Of a DNA stretch of 64,000 bases, positions 1 through 9,844 are shown one piece after another. The translations under genes and the position numbers were made by a program. The stretch's first letter is position 1, and every line of letters starts with the position of its first letter. The stretch is from Deltaproteobacteria bacterium. Lineage in GTDB: Bacteria; Myxococcota_A; Polyangia; Fen-1088. The notes beneath the pieces are model-generated. The model was not told the origin of the DNA. It did not search any database and was given only the letters and a program-made list of their open reading frames with translations. Where the stretch lies: assembly GCA_033763315.1 (NCBI GenBank), contig JANRKS010000005.1:321646-385645 (forward strand). The letters run 5' to 3'.

Positions 1-32
1 GCGCTGCCCGATTTCACGTTGCCCCAGCGCCC

Positions 33-893
33 ATGAAGTTCGGTATGAATCTGTTGTTGTGGACCACGGACGCAACAACTGAAGCCTCCTTGCCGCTGTT
101 GGAACGCCTTAAAGCAATGGGCTTCGATGGCGTTGAGGTGCCGGTGTTTGATCTTCAGCCCGATAGGTTCGAACGACTGGGGCGGCGCTTAGACGAGATC
201 GGCTTGCTTCGCACCGCCGTGACTGTGCGAGGCGTGGCAGACAATCCCATCAGCGCAGATGAAACGGTGCGCGCGGCCGGCGTGGCAAAAACAAAGCTCG
301 CGTTGCAGTGCTGCCAAGCTCTGGGTGCACCCCTGCTGGTGGGACCTGTTTACGCAGCACTTGGCGTGTTCAGTGGCACCCCGGCCACCACCGATGAATG
401 GCGTTGGGGTGTGGATGGTGTGGCGGCTGTGATGGATGAGGCCGAACGATGTGGCGTTGACGTGGCCATCGAGTATTTAAACCGCTTTGAGATCTATCTT
501 ATCAACTGCGTCGCAGATGCACTTCGCTTCGTTCGTGATGTGAACCACCCCCGTTGCAAGTTGATGCTCGATACCTTCCATGGCCACATTGAGGAAAAGG
601 ATCTGGGTGAGGCGCTGCGCGCTTGTGCATCGGCTTTGTGTCACATGCACATGTCAGAAAGCGACCGCAGCACCCCGGGCAGCGGTCAGTTGCATTGGGG
701 CAAGGTCTTCGCTGCACTCAAATCCCTTCGCTACGACGGCTGGCTGACCATCGAAGCGTTCGGCCAAGCGCTGCCCGAGTTGGTGGCGGCCACAAAGATA
801 TGGCGCCCGATGTACCGCGACGAGGACGGGCTGGCGCGCGAAGGCCTCGCGTTTCTCAAGCGATCATGGGCAACGGCGCCCGAGGCCCTCTAA
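33..893 (+). CDS. Sugar phosphate isomerase/epimerase, D-tagatose/D-psicose 3-epimerase family (TIM barrel)
   Basis: Family motifs EYLNRFE, MLDTFH, HMSESDR..PGSG and IEAF. Confidence 0.85.
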   Translation: MKFGMNLLLWTTDATTEASLPLLERLKAMGFDGVEVPVFDLQPDRFERLGRRLDEIGLLRTAVTVRGVADNPISADETVRAAGVAKTKLALQCCQALGAPLLVGPVYAALGVFSGTPATTDEWRWGVDGVAAVMDEAERCGVDVAIEYLNRFEIYLINCVADALRFVRDVNHPRCKLMLDTFHGHIEEKDLGEALRACASALCHMHMSESDRSTPGSGQLHWGKVFAALKSLRYDGWLTIEAFGQALPELVAATKIWRPMYRDEDGLAREGLAFLKRSWATAPEAL

Positions 894-939
894 GCCAGCG
901 ATTCCCAGTTCTCGGTCCGCGATTGGCAGGCCCACTTGT

Positions 940-3294
940 TTAAACCAAGGCCCACGAACCTTGATTGTAGCGAAGCGCTTGTGCGCCCTCGAGTGCGATC
1001 AAGTGGATCCAGCCGTTGTGGAACAACTCGCGCACCTGAGGTTGGGCGGCGAGCACATCGTCGATGCGTTGGTGGTCCACATCGATGACCACCGTTAACC
1101 GCCGCGGCTCATGCACGAAGCGTTGGCCGTCGTGAATGGATTGCAGCGGCAGCCCCACCCGCAAGTCGCCGCCGTTGCCTTCCCATACGCCCACGCCACC
1201 CACGACGTTGTGCAACACCTTGTTGCCGCTGCCGTAGAGCTCCGGATCCACCCGCGATGCGTAGTATTGCAGGTTGATCCAGCTGGCCACCACGACCGGT
1301 GCGCACAAAATCAGCGTCAGCACGCTGTTGTCTGTGTCGGCGCTTGCGTTGTAGTCGTGCAAGAACACGCGGCCTTGCAGGTTCAACGCTGACGTTCGGC
1401 TGCGCGGGGCTGCAATTAGGGCTGCGTTGTTTGCCAACGCCCATTCGGGCCGCACTTGCGAGGTGTCGGTCGCTTGCTTCTGCACCGCTTGTTCCAAATC
1501 TGCCGCGTGGCTTAACCCCAGCCGCGGCGCCCGCTCGACCCGGGCGTTCATGCCTGCCTGTTGCAAGGACGTCTGCAAAGCCAACAGATCCTTGTTGTGC
1601 GAAGCCGGCACTTGCTCAAGGTCAAACAAGATGACGTTGTCGGTGGTTGTGTTGTGCAACCCGGCGATGAACACCGTATCGTCGGGGATGGCGATCCCTG
1701 CGCTGGCCAGGCCCGCCCGCACTTGCGCGTTGTTGAGGGTTGATGCTGCCAGCCTCGCGTTCACGTCGCCGGCGTGACCGCCGCACGCGCCGCAATCCAA
1801 AGCCGAGGCATAAGGGTTGTTTGCGCTTTGGCTGCCGTGCCCACACAGCAACACCAACCGAGCGAAGTTTTGCGTGAGGCCCATGTTGCGCAAGGCTCCT
1901 TGTGCCATGCCTATGCGCGTTGTCAGGGGTACGTCCGCAGCAAAGGCCGGGGCGCCTTGCCGTGCCTTGGCCCCCTTACGTCTTGCGGCTAGCGCCGCAG
2001 CAAAGCCTAAGCCTGCTGTTTCAACGAATGAGAAGCATGAAGTGGCAGAGTTGGAGAACGCTTTCCATGCGCCCGCTTGCAGTTTGTGTTGCGTGTGTCG
2101 TTGCGCTTGCTCCGCAGGGAGGGCCTCGTGTGTGGCCACCGGTGGAACTAGCAGCACGGGGCAGCGCGCGCCGGCCTCGCTGGCCACGGGGTTGTGATGC
2201 ACCGGGAAACCAAAGAAGCCTGCGAACCCAATCGTCTGTGACCCCGCGCTGGCCGCTTCAAGGTGCCGCCGAAACACTTCTGACCTGACGTCGATGCAAA
2301 ACACCGCCTGCAACGTCGGCCGTTCACTCAGCTGATGCGATGGTTGCGCCGCGAGCGTGCGTGCGAGGTTGCGCTGGTATCCCGCTTCATAAGCCAGCTG
2401 CCACCGGCATAAGGCACCGATTGAGTGGGTGTCCACCACCGGGCCCCTAACGTTGCGCCAGTCGCTTTCCCGCTCGCTGCCTTGCACAAAGACGGCCCAC
2501 AACGCTGCATCATAAGCCAAGCGAATGGCCAGCAGCTCATGCAAAGCGGGGTTGCTCTTTCCCCGCAGTTTGTCCTCGCGCACCAAGTATTGAACGTAGC
2601 CCGCCCACCCGGCGATGGAGGCAAGTTGCCGATGCAGGAAATCTTGCGTGCTCACCTGCCGCGGTGCCAGCAAAGCTAGGCACGTGGCAATGCATGCGTC
2701 TGCGTCTTGAGGCAAGGTCTTGATGAAATCTCGGAAACCCTTAATGCCGAACGCTTCAGGGTTCCGATCGTGTGGCGCCGCTTGCCGCCACGCTGCGAAC
2801 GGGCCCAGATGCTTCCAAGGCGAATTCCATGTGGTTTGGTTGTCGTCGTAGGTGACCGCGCACCATTTCGAAATTTCTTCCACGATGAAGTTTTTCAGAC
2901 GCGCGCGCGGATGAAATTCGTCGACAAAATCAGCCACCGTCAGTATTGGTTGGCCTTTCGCCGCGGCGGGCGTGGATGTGATCCACTGCAGCAGTCGTTC
3001 ACTATTCCAGGTGGCGTCGGCTGCCGTAGCCACATCCTCCAAAGTTATTTGGCCAGCGTCGAAAGCTGCGAGGTATTCATGTGGCTGCAACAGCGGCGCT
3101 GCGCCCGTGGCCTTCTGCAACAGGGTGCAGGCTTGTGAAAAGGGCAGGTGAAGCAAGCCTGCGAAGGGGTTCACGGCCACAAAGTGTTTCAGTGGCCACA
3201 GTGGCGGTATGCGGGAAAGCGCATCGTCAAGGGCCTCTGGGCTAATGGTTGGAACCGCTTTAAGAGCGACGTCTTGTTTTGATGCAGAAAGCAT
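940..3294 (-). CDS. dabA: DUF2309 protein, inorganic carbon transporter subunit DabA (beta-carbonic-anhydrase-like)
   Basis: WPL..FVAVNP N-terminus; Zn-ligand motifs FCIDVRSE, GHGS, LDCGACGG; RPEWALA. Start moved to ATG at 3294, which has GGAG upstream. Confidence 0.92.
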   Translation of the reverse strand: MLSASKQDVALKAVPTISPEALDDALSRIPPLWPLKHFVAVNPFAGLLHLPFSQACTLLQKATGAAPLLQPHEYLAAFDAGQITLEDVATAADATWNSERLLQWITSTPAAAKGQPILTVADFVDEFHPRARLKNFIVEEISKWCAVTYDDNQTTWNSPWKHLGPFAAWRQAAPHDRNPEAFGIKGFRDFIKTLPQDADACIATCLALLAPRQVSTQDFLHRQLASIAGWAGYVQYLVREDKLRGKSNPALHELLAIRLAYDAALWAVFVQGSERESDWRNVRGPVVDTHSIGALCRWQLAYEAGYQRNLARTLAAQPSHQLSERPTLQAVFCIDVRSEVFRRHLEAASAGSQTIGFAGFFGFPVHHNPVASEAGARCPVLLVPPVATHEALPAEQAQRHTQHKLQAGAWKAFSNSATSCFSFVETAGLGFAAALAARRKGAKARQGAPAFAADVPLTTRIGMAQGALRNMGLTQNFARLVLLCGHGSQSANNPYASALDCGACGGHAGDVNARLAASTLNNAQVRAGLASAGIAIPDDTVFIAGLHNTTTDNVILFDLEQVPASHNKDLLALQTSLQQAGMNARVERAPRLGLSHAADLEQAVQKQATDTSQVRPEWALANNAALIAAPRSRTSALNLQGRVFLHDYNASADTDNSVLTLILCAPVVVASWINLQYYASRVDPELYGSGNKVLHNVVGGVGVWEGNGGDLRVGLPLQSIHDGQRFVHEPRRLTVVIDVDHQRIDDVLAAQPQVRELFHNGWIHLIALEGAQALRYNQGSWALV

Positions 3295-3311
3295 TGAAGT
3301 GTCTCCAGGAG

Positions 3312-4871
3312 TTAGGCTACAGCCACAGGCAAAGGGGGTTGCGCGTTCGAGTGCTGCGGTGGCCACAAGCGGCCAAGCAACCGGTTACCCAACGTGCCGA
3401 CGTAAAAGCCATTCAAGGCGTGCACATAGAGGCGCTGCCCTAGCTTTCGGTGGCCCATGCGCCACAACAACGTTTGAAAGAGGAACAAGCCCGCGAAGAG
3501 CGCGCCCACAACCGTGATGACCGTTGTCGAAGGTGTTAGGTGCGGTGTGTGCACGAAGAACCGCTGGGCTCCGGCGTGAAGGCCGAGGCCCAGCAAACAA
3601 AACACTTGCGTTGTTGCAAGTCCGAGCAACACAGCCTTGGGTTGCACGGACCATAACCTCGCCAGGCCGTATCCCATCGCCAACACAAACACCAATCCCA
3701 ATACGCCCAGCTCCAAGTGGGCTCCAAGCGTGTTGAGTGCCGTTGTATGCGCGACGAAGGTGGCGGCGGCCGTGGCCAATCCCAACACAAGCGCGCCTGT
3801 GCGCAGCGGCGCCGCCTTGCGGGGCACAGCGCCGATGGTGGAGCCCGCCGTTAAAAACGCGTGTGCCTTGTAGAGCGAATGCGCCACGATATGCACGGTG
3901 GCCAAAGCAAAGGCGCCGAGGCCGCACTGCAAAAGCATGAAGCCCATCTGCGCGATGGTGGAGTAAGCAAGCGCGCGCTTGACGCTTGGTTGCGCCAGCA
4001 TCACCACGGCCCCAAATCCCGCCGTGACGGCACCCACCAGCGCCAATACGGAGAGCACGTGCGGTGCGTGCACGAACAGTGGCGACAACCGAATCACCAA
4101 AAAACCACCGGCGTTGATGATGCCCGCGTGCATAAAGGCGGACACCGGCGTGGGCGTCTCCATTGTATCGGGCAACCATCCATGAAATGGGAACTGCGCT
4201 GATTTTAAGGCGGCGCAGGCCGCGATGAGCGCGCATGGCAGGCTGAGGCCTTGCGTTTGGCCCGCGTCGACGGCGGCAAACATCTGTGTGACGTCGAAGG
4301 TGTTGTATTGCTCCTGCAGCAAGACGATGGCTGCCAGCAAACACAGGTCGCCCATACGGCTGATGACGAACTTCTTGCGCGCTGAAAACACGGCGCCTGC
4401 GCGGGTGGGGTAAAAAAGAAGCAACTGGTGCAGGCACAAGCTGGTGGCCACCCAAGCCACCCACAACAAGAGCAAGTGGCCCGCGCTCACCAACAGCAAG
4501 ACCGCGGCCAGGGTGTTGCTCAACCAAGAGAAGAACCGTGGCGCCTCTGCATCGTTGCCTAAGTGGTTGCGGGAGAAACTCATCACTGACGCGCCGACGA
4601 AGGAAACCAGCACCAGCATGACGGCTGACACTTCGTCAAGCCGCAGGCTCACCGCCCAGGCGCCATGCAGGTTCGGACCCGCACCCAGCGTGGTGATGTG
4701 TCCGTGAGTTGTCAGAAGCACCGCCGAAACAATCGCCGCCACGCACGCGCTCAAGGCCGCCGCGATGGTGAGCGAAACCGCGCTCTTGGCGCGCAGCAAG
4801 CGCGGCAGGCACCCCGCGACGAAGGGAAGAAGCGGCACGGCAAATAGTGTGAAAGCTGCCAAGGAAGTCAT
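3312..4871 (-). CDS. dabB: Proton-conducting membrane subunit (NuoL/MrpA-like), DabB of the DAB inorganic carbon pump
   Basis: Multi-TM protein with KSAQFPFHGWLPDTMETPTPVSAFMHAG, LAYSTIAQMGF and AHSLYKAHAF; directly upstream of DUF2309. Confidence 0.9.
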   Translation of the reverse strand: MTSLAAFTLFAVPLLPFVAGCLPRLLRAKSAVSLTIAAALSACVAAIVSAVLLTTHGHITTLGAGPNLHGAWAVSLRLDEVSAVMLVLVSFVGASVMSFSRNHLGNDAEAPRFFSWLSNTLAAVLLLVSAGHLLLLWVAWVATSLCLHQLLLFYPTRAGAVFSARKKFVISRMGDLCLLAAIVLLQEQYNTFDVTQMFAAVDAGQTQGLSLPCALIAACAALKSAQFPFHGWLPDTMETPTPVSAFMHAGIINAGGFLVIRLSPLFVHAPHVLSVLALVGAVTAGFGAVVMLAQPSVKRALAYSTIAQMGFMLLQCGLGAFALATVHIVAHSLYKAHAFLTAGSTIGAVPRKAAPLRTGALVLGLATAAATFVAHTTALNTLGAHLELGVLGLVFVLAMGYGLARLWSVQPKAVLLGLATTQVFCLLGLGLHAGAQRFFVHTPHLTPSTTVITVVGALFAGLFLFQTLLWRMGHRKLGQRLYVHALNGFYVGTLGNRLLGRLWPPQHSNAQPPLPVAVA

Positions 4872-4927
4872 AGACGTAACGTAGCGACCCCCAGGCTTTT
4901 ACGGAATTACATGTTTTAGAAGGTCAT

Positions 4928-4944
4928 GTTAAGTTTAATTTAAC
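4928..4944. promoter_or_regulatory. Putative LysR box (GTTAA-N7-TTAAC, contains T-N11-A) between dabB and lysR
   Basis: AT-rich inverted repeat in the divergent intergenic region, just before the LysR start. Confidence 0.6.
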
Positions 4945-4948
4945 GACG

Positions 4949-5863
4949 ATGCCGTTCTTGAATTACCACCACCTGCGCTATTTTCGCGTGATTGCGAACG
5001 AGCTAAATCTCACCCGCGCGGCAAAGAAGCTTAACCTTTCGGCGCCCGCGCTGAGCATCCAGCTCAAGCAACTTGAGGAAAGCTTGGGGCATTCCCTGTT
5101 TGATCGCGGGCGTGGCGGTTTGCGGCTGACCGAGGCTGGGCGGTTGGCTCTGGATTACGCGGAAACCATCGGGCGCGCCGGCGAAGAGCTCATGGATGTG
5201 ATGCAACACCAGGGCGTGGGCGGGCGGCAGGTTTTGCGGGTCGGCGCGGTGGCCACTTTGTCTCGCAACTTCGTCACCCAATTCTTGCGGCCGGCGTTGC
5301 ATCTGCCGGACGTGGAGGTTGTGGTGCGCTCAGGCGCGATGCGTGAACTGCTGCCCGCTCTGCACACACACCAAGTGGATCTCATCTTGTCCAACCAGCC
5401 GGCCCGACGTGATGCCGAAACACATTGGCATAGCCACCTGCTTGCGGAACAGCCCGTGAGCTTGGTGGGGGTGGCGGCGTGGAAGAAGAAGCGGTTGGTG
5501 TTTCCGCAAGATTTCCGCGACGTGCCTGTGATCTTGCCCAGCCTTGAGAGCAACACACGCGCTGCGTTTGATCGCATCACCGCCGCGGCCATGGCGCGGC
5601 CGCGCATCGTGGCAGAGGTGGACGATATGGCTTTGCTGCGCTTGTTGGCCCTGGAAGGGGAGGGGTTGGCACTGGTGCCGCCCGTGGTTGTGCGCGACGA
5701 AATCAAATCGGGGGCGCTCGTGCAAACCCACCGCATCCCCCAGATCAAAGAAACGTTCTACGCCATCACGCCCAGCCGTCGCTTTCCCAACCCTTTGGTG
5801 GCAAAGCTGGTGAACCACACTTTGTCGGCGAAACAATTGGGGGTGCAGGCAAAGGCGTCATGA
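4949..5863 (+). CDS. LysR-family transcriptional regulator (NhaR-like)
   Basis: LNYHHLRYF...AAKKLNLSAPALSIQLKQLEE HTH followed by a substrate-binding domain; divergent from dabBA. Confidence 0.92.
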   Translation: MPFLNYHHLRYFRVIANELNLTRAAKKLNLSAPALSIQLKQLEESLGHSLFDRGRGGLRLTEAGRLALDYAETIGRAGEELMDVMQHQGVGGRQVLRVGAVATLSRNFVTQFLRPALHLPDVEVVVRSGAMRELLPALHTHQVDLILSNQPARRDAETHWHSHLLAEQPVSLVGVAAWKKKRLVFPQDFRDVPVILPSLESNTRAAFDRITAAAMARPRIVAEVDDMALLRLLALEGEGLALVPPVVVRDEIKSGALVQTHRIPQIKETFYAITPSRRFPNPLVAKLVNHTLSAKQLGVQAKAS

Positions 5864-5928
5864 AAGTGGCGTGCGGTTCGCGGGGACCGCTGCAAAGTTT
5901 CTGATTTTATTTTGTCGCGAAGCCGTCG

Positions 5929-7659
5929 GTGGCTGGTCAACAAGAAGAGGAGCTCTTCTTGCGCGCACAGCTGTTCACTGCGTTAATCGTCACAACCTTG
6001 GTCTCAGGGTGCTCCGGCGCGGCGGGGTCCCCATCTGAGGGCGACGAGGCCGACGGCGGATCCGGTGGCGGCGCTTCCGGCGGCACCACAGCGCCGCCGC
6101 CCGAGGTGGTGCCAAAGCCGCGTGATTCTGCGTGTGCCGGCGCCGCGCCCAAGCCCGGCATCGCGGGCTTGCGCAAACTAACGCCATTTGAATACGACAA
6201 CACTGTGGAAGAGTTGCTGCGCGCCACCACAAAACCTGGCGCCTCGTTCCCCGCATCGCAACTTGTGCTTGGTTTCGACAACAACGCCGACGCTGTGAAC
6301 GCCTCCACCTTGGCCGTTGAGCAGTATCAATCGGCCGCCGAAACGCTGGCACTGGCCGCCGTCAAAGATCTGCCGAAGTTGATGGGGTGCAACGGTGGTT
6401 CCGCGGCCGCCGAAGACACGTGCGCCAAAAGTTTTATCAAGTCGTTCGGCCTGCACGCGTTTCGCCGCCCGCTGACCACGGCAGAGCTCGATCGCTTCAC
6501 GCGCTTCTATATGGACAGCAAAGCGCCGAACGGATTCACAGACTCGGTGCGCATGCTCGTCGAAGCGTTCTTGCAGTCTCCGCATTTTCTTTACCGCGTT
6601 GAAGGTGCAGCGAAAACGGGCTCTGTGGCCGCGCCTTATGCATTGGCTTCGCGGCTTTCGTATCTCATTTGGAGCAGCATGCCTGATGAAACGTTGTTTG
6701 CTGCGGCAGCCTCTGGCCGCTTGAAGGGCGCCGGCGACGTGGCGTTGCAAGCGCAGCGAATGTTGGCCGACGATCGCGCCAAGCGCGGGGTGAATAACTT
6801 CTTTGGCCAGTGGCTTGAGTTGTCGCGCGTGCAGCGTCTTGAAAAGGATGCGGAAGCCAACCCCACGTGGACGCCGGCTATCGCCGGATTGTTGCGCCAA
6901 GAGACAGAAGCGTATGTGCAGGATCAGGTGTTGGGCGGCAAAGGCAACTTGAAATCGCTACTCACCGACCCCCATAGTTTCATCAACGCAGATCTGGCGA
7001 AATTCTATGGCCTCCAGGCGCCTGCAGGGAGCGGCTTCGGGCGTGTAAATTTGAACCCCAAGCAGCGTGCCGGATTGCTCACGCAAGGCGCCTTGTTGGC
7101 AGCGGCAGCCAAGCCTCGGCAAAGCTCGCCCGTGGCTCGGGGCTACTTCGTGCGCGACCGGTTGTTGTGTTCGCCGCCACCGCCTCCACCAGCCAACGTG
7201 AATGCCAAATTGCCCGAGCCCGACGGAACGGCCACCACGCGGCAACGCCTTGAAAGCCACCGCACGGATCCAAGCTGCAGAGGGTGCCACGAGCTTCTTG
7301 ATCCCGTGGGTCTTGGTTTTGAACACTACGACGCCGTGGGCCTATGGCGCGATCAGGACGAAGGCAAGCCGGTGGATGCGACGGGCAAGATCAGCAGCGC
7401 CGGTGACGCCGACGGCGCGTTCGATGGCGCCATCGAACTTGCAACGAAACTGGCAGGCAGCCAAACGGTGCAGGCCTGCTTTGCCAAACAATTCTTTCGC
7501 TTCGCTTTCGCACGCGGCGAAACCGACGACGACGCATGCACGTTGGATGCCCTGAGTGTGGCCCTCGGTGGCAATGACGCCACATTCGCGCGCTTCATCG
7601 CTACGCTGACACAAACAGATCCATTCATGTACGAAACACAGGCAGGAGTTGGCCAATGA
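5929..7659 (+). CDS. DUF1587/1595/1592/1588/1585 multidomain lipoprotein with CxxCH
   Basis: LRKLT..EYDNTV, AFRRPL, LQSPHFLYR, ASRLSY..WSSMPD, SSPVARG, CRGCH; lipobox VSGC; start uncertain. Confidence 0.88.
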   Translation: MAGQQEEELFLRAQLFTALIVTTLVSGCSGAAGSPSEGDEADGGSGGGASGGTTAPPPEVVPKPRDSACAGAAPKPGIAGLRKLTPFEYDNTVEELLRATTKPGASFPASQLVLGFDNNADAVNASTLAVEQYQSAAETLALAAVKDLPKLMGCNGGSAAAEDTCAKSFIKSFGLHAFRRPLTTAELDRFTRFYMDSKAPNGFTDSVRMLVEAFLQSPHFLYRVEGAAKTGSVAAPYALASRLSYLIWSSMPDETLFAAAASGRLKGAGDVALQAQRMLADDRAKRGVNNFFGQWLELSRVQRLEKDAEANPTWTPAIAGLLRQETEAYVQDQVLGGKGNLKSLLTDPHSFINADLAKFYGLQAPAGSGFGRVNLNPKQRAGLLTQGALLAAAAKPRQSSPVARGYFVRDRLLCSPPPPPPANVNAKLPEPDGTATTRQRLESHRTDPSCRGCHELLDPVGLGFEHYDAVGLWRDQDEGKPVDATGKISSAGDADGAFDGAIELATKLAGSQTVQACFAKQFFRFAFARGETDDDACTLDALSVALGGNDATFARFIATLTQTDPFMYETQAGVGQ

Positions 7660-9020
7660 AGTTCCGGCAGCTGTCACGACGTGCGTTGCTTCGCGGTGCA
7701 GGCGGCATCAGCATCGCGCTGCCATGGCTTGACATCATGGCGCCGCGCCGAGCTTACGCCGCGGACCCGAAGCGCTTCATTGTGGTGTTTACTCCGAATG
7801 GCACGAACAACTACGAGCAGTTCACTCCGAAGGGAACTGGCGCGAACTTTACGCTTGGCACCGAAACGGCGCCATTGTTGCCTTGGAAGAACAAGATGCT
7901 CGCGCTCTCGAACGTCAACGCCGTGAGCGCTTTGAACTCCGAAGGCGATCAGCATGGCGTGGGCATGGCCGAAGTGCTTACAGCCACGCGTTGGGCAAAG
8001 GGGCCCGCGGTGGATGACGTTCCGATCTGGGGCGGCGGTATTTCCATCGATCAGCGGATCGCCCAAGACGTGGGCAAATCCACCATGTTTCCTTCGCTGG
8101 AGCTTGGCGTGCAAACCACCTTGGGTACAGAGGGGTCGGGCGTGCACCCATTTAGCCGCATGGTCTATAAGAGCGCCGCCACACCCGTGCCGGCGATCGA
8201 AGATCCGCGCGAGACTTTCAAGCGTTTGTTCAGCAACCTGGCACCAAGTGGCGCCGGTGCAGACACCTCGGGCCTGGACAAAGCCCGGCTGCAACGCAAA
8301 AGCGTGCTTGATTTTGTGAAGGAAGACTATCAACAGCTGGCGCCTCGTCTCAGCACGAAGGACAAGCAAAAGATTGATCAACACTTTACGGCCATTTCAG
8401 AAATCGAGAAGCGTTTGGGTGGCGCAACCACTGTAACGCCGGCTATGGGGTGCAACAAACCGGCTGAGCCATCACCCACTTTGGATGTGAAAAATCCCGC
8501 GAACTTTCCGCAAATTGGGAAATTGCAAACCGACCTGTTGGCTGTAGCGCTGGCGTGTGACTTAACCCGTGTGGCCACGTTGCAGTGGTCTTGGGCACGC
8601 TCAGATGTGGCCCTGCAGTGGATTGGCGTTAAAGATTCGCATCACGATCTGAGCCATGGTGCCGCGTCCGCCACGCTTTCGTCGATCAATAAGTGGTACG
8701 CGGAACAAGTGGCATACTTGTGCAAGACGCTGGATGGCTTTGACGAAGGCGGAAAAACCTTGCTCGACAACTCAGTGTTGTGGTGGACAAGCGATGTTTC
8801 GTTCGGCCCCACCCATTCTTTCACAAACATACGCGCCCTGTTGTTTGGCTCATGCGGCGGCTACTTTAAAACCGGGCAGCACATTGATTACGGCAACGCC
8901 AGCAAGGTCACCAACAATCAGCTGATGGTGACGTTCATGCGGGCGATGGGCATACAGGCCGCTCAATTTGGTGAGGCATCCGCGGCACAGGGCCCCCTGC
9001 CTGGGCCGATCACGGCTTGA
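7656..9020 (+). CDS. DUF1552 (HXXSHH) protein with Tat-like leader
   Basis: SRRALLRGAG..LPWL, ACDLTRV, HHDLSH; 4-nt overlap with the DUF1592 gene. Confidence 0.9.
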   Translation: MKFRQLSRRALLRGAGGISIALPWLDIMAPRRAYAADPKRFIVVFTPNGTNNYEQFTPKGTGANFTLGTETAPLLPWKNKMLALSNVNAVSALNSEGDQHGVGMAEVLTATRWAKGPAVDDVPIWGGGISIDQRIAQDVGKSTMFPSLELGVQTTLGTEGSGVHPFSRMVYKSAATPVPAIEDPRETFKRLFSNLAPSGAGADTSGLDKARLQRKSVLDFVKEDYQQLAPRLSTKDKQKIDQHFTAISEIEKRLGGATTVTPAMGCNKPAEPSPTLDVKNPANFPQIGKLQTDLLAVALACDLTRVATLQWSWARSDVALQWIGVKDSHHDLSHGAASATLSSINKWYAEQVAYLCKTLDGFDEGGKTLLDNSVLWWTSDVSFGPTHSFTNIRALLFGSCGGYFKTGQHIDYGNASKVTNNQLMVTFMRAMGIQAAQFGEASAAQGPLPGPITA

Positions 9021-9022
9021 AC

Positions 9023-9844
9023 TTAGCGGTTGCGGCCAAGCGCGAAGCGTTTCTGCATTTGCGTCTCGCTGAGCGCAAACGTAAACAAGGCACCTCGCGA
9101 CAGACGCAGTTGATCCAGATCTTCGCTGCCCAACCTGATCACCGCGTTCACATCTTCCATGGACCACTGCAAAGTTGAGGATACGGTTGGTTTGTCATTG
9201 GCCCACGCCAAAACAGGCTTGCCATCCAGGTAAAGCGTTAACAATGCGGTAAGCCCCGGATGAAAGGTGATGCCAAAGTGGTGCCAGCCACCGTCGGTGG
9301 TCCACGGGTACGTGAGGTCAATTTCGCCCGAGCTTGTGTTGGCAAAAACGGTCAAAGACGTACCAGAGACGTTCACATTTATGGCGGGCGTCAACAGGAG
9401 TTGCCCCGGCTGGCTGCCGGGCGGCAGCTTCATCCACAATTCAAAAGAAAATCCGCCACCTGCTTTTGTGATGGCCTCGCCCATGAGGCGGCTTGCGGCG
9501 GCGGTGGATTCCCCAACCAGATCCCGCATCCATAAGGCTTTTTCTTGCACCAAGCCCGCTGTGCTTGTCATGGGGGGCTTCAGCATCAAGGCAACGTCCG
9601 GCTCCGCCTTCGCGGAATCAGCGATCAGATGCGCCGCAATCTCGGCAAAAAACCATTCGACCGCGGGCGTTTCGGTTTGTGCGATGGCCATGTCGGGAGC
9701 GGCGTCGGGCGATTGCGCATCAACGCCGCCGCGCAACGAATCCCAGTCGAGGCATCCTGTGCCCAGCCACACGGCCATGAAATAAGGCGCGAGACCTGAT
9801 AGGCATTGTGAAGCGAGTCGCATGGTTAGAAGTGACCTCGCCAC
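9023..9844 (-). CDS. Putative lipoprotein with LamG/concanavalin A-like domain
   Basis: FSFELWMK, WHHFGITF and LYLDG are LamG-type motifs; lipobox-like GTGC. Confidence 0.6.
   Translation of the reverse strand: MARSLLTMRLASQCLSGLAPYFMAVWLGTGCLDWDSLRGGVDAQSPDAAPDMAIAQTETPAVEWFFAEIAAHLIADSAKAEPDVALMLKPPMTSTAGLVQEKALWMRDLVGESTAAASRLMGEAITKAGGGFSFELWMKLPPGSQPGQLLLTPAINVNVSGTSLTVFANTSSGEIDLTYPWTTDGGWHHFGITFHPGLTALLTLYLDGKPVLAWANDKPTVSSTLQWSMEDVNAVIRLGSEDLDQLRLSRGALFTFALSETQMQKRFALGRNR

Noticed and set aside
3312-4871. Respiratory complex I NuoL or Mrp antiporter subunit
   Set aside because: No other nuo or mrp genes nearby; adjacency to DUF2309 indicates DabB
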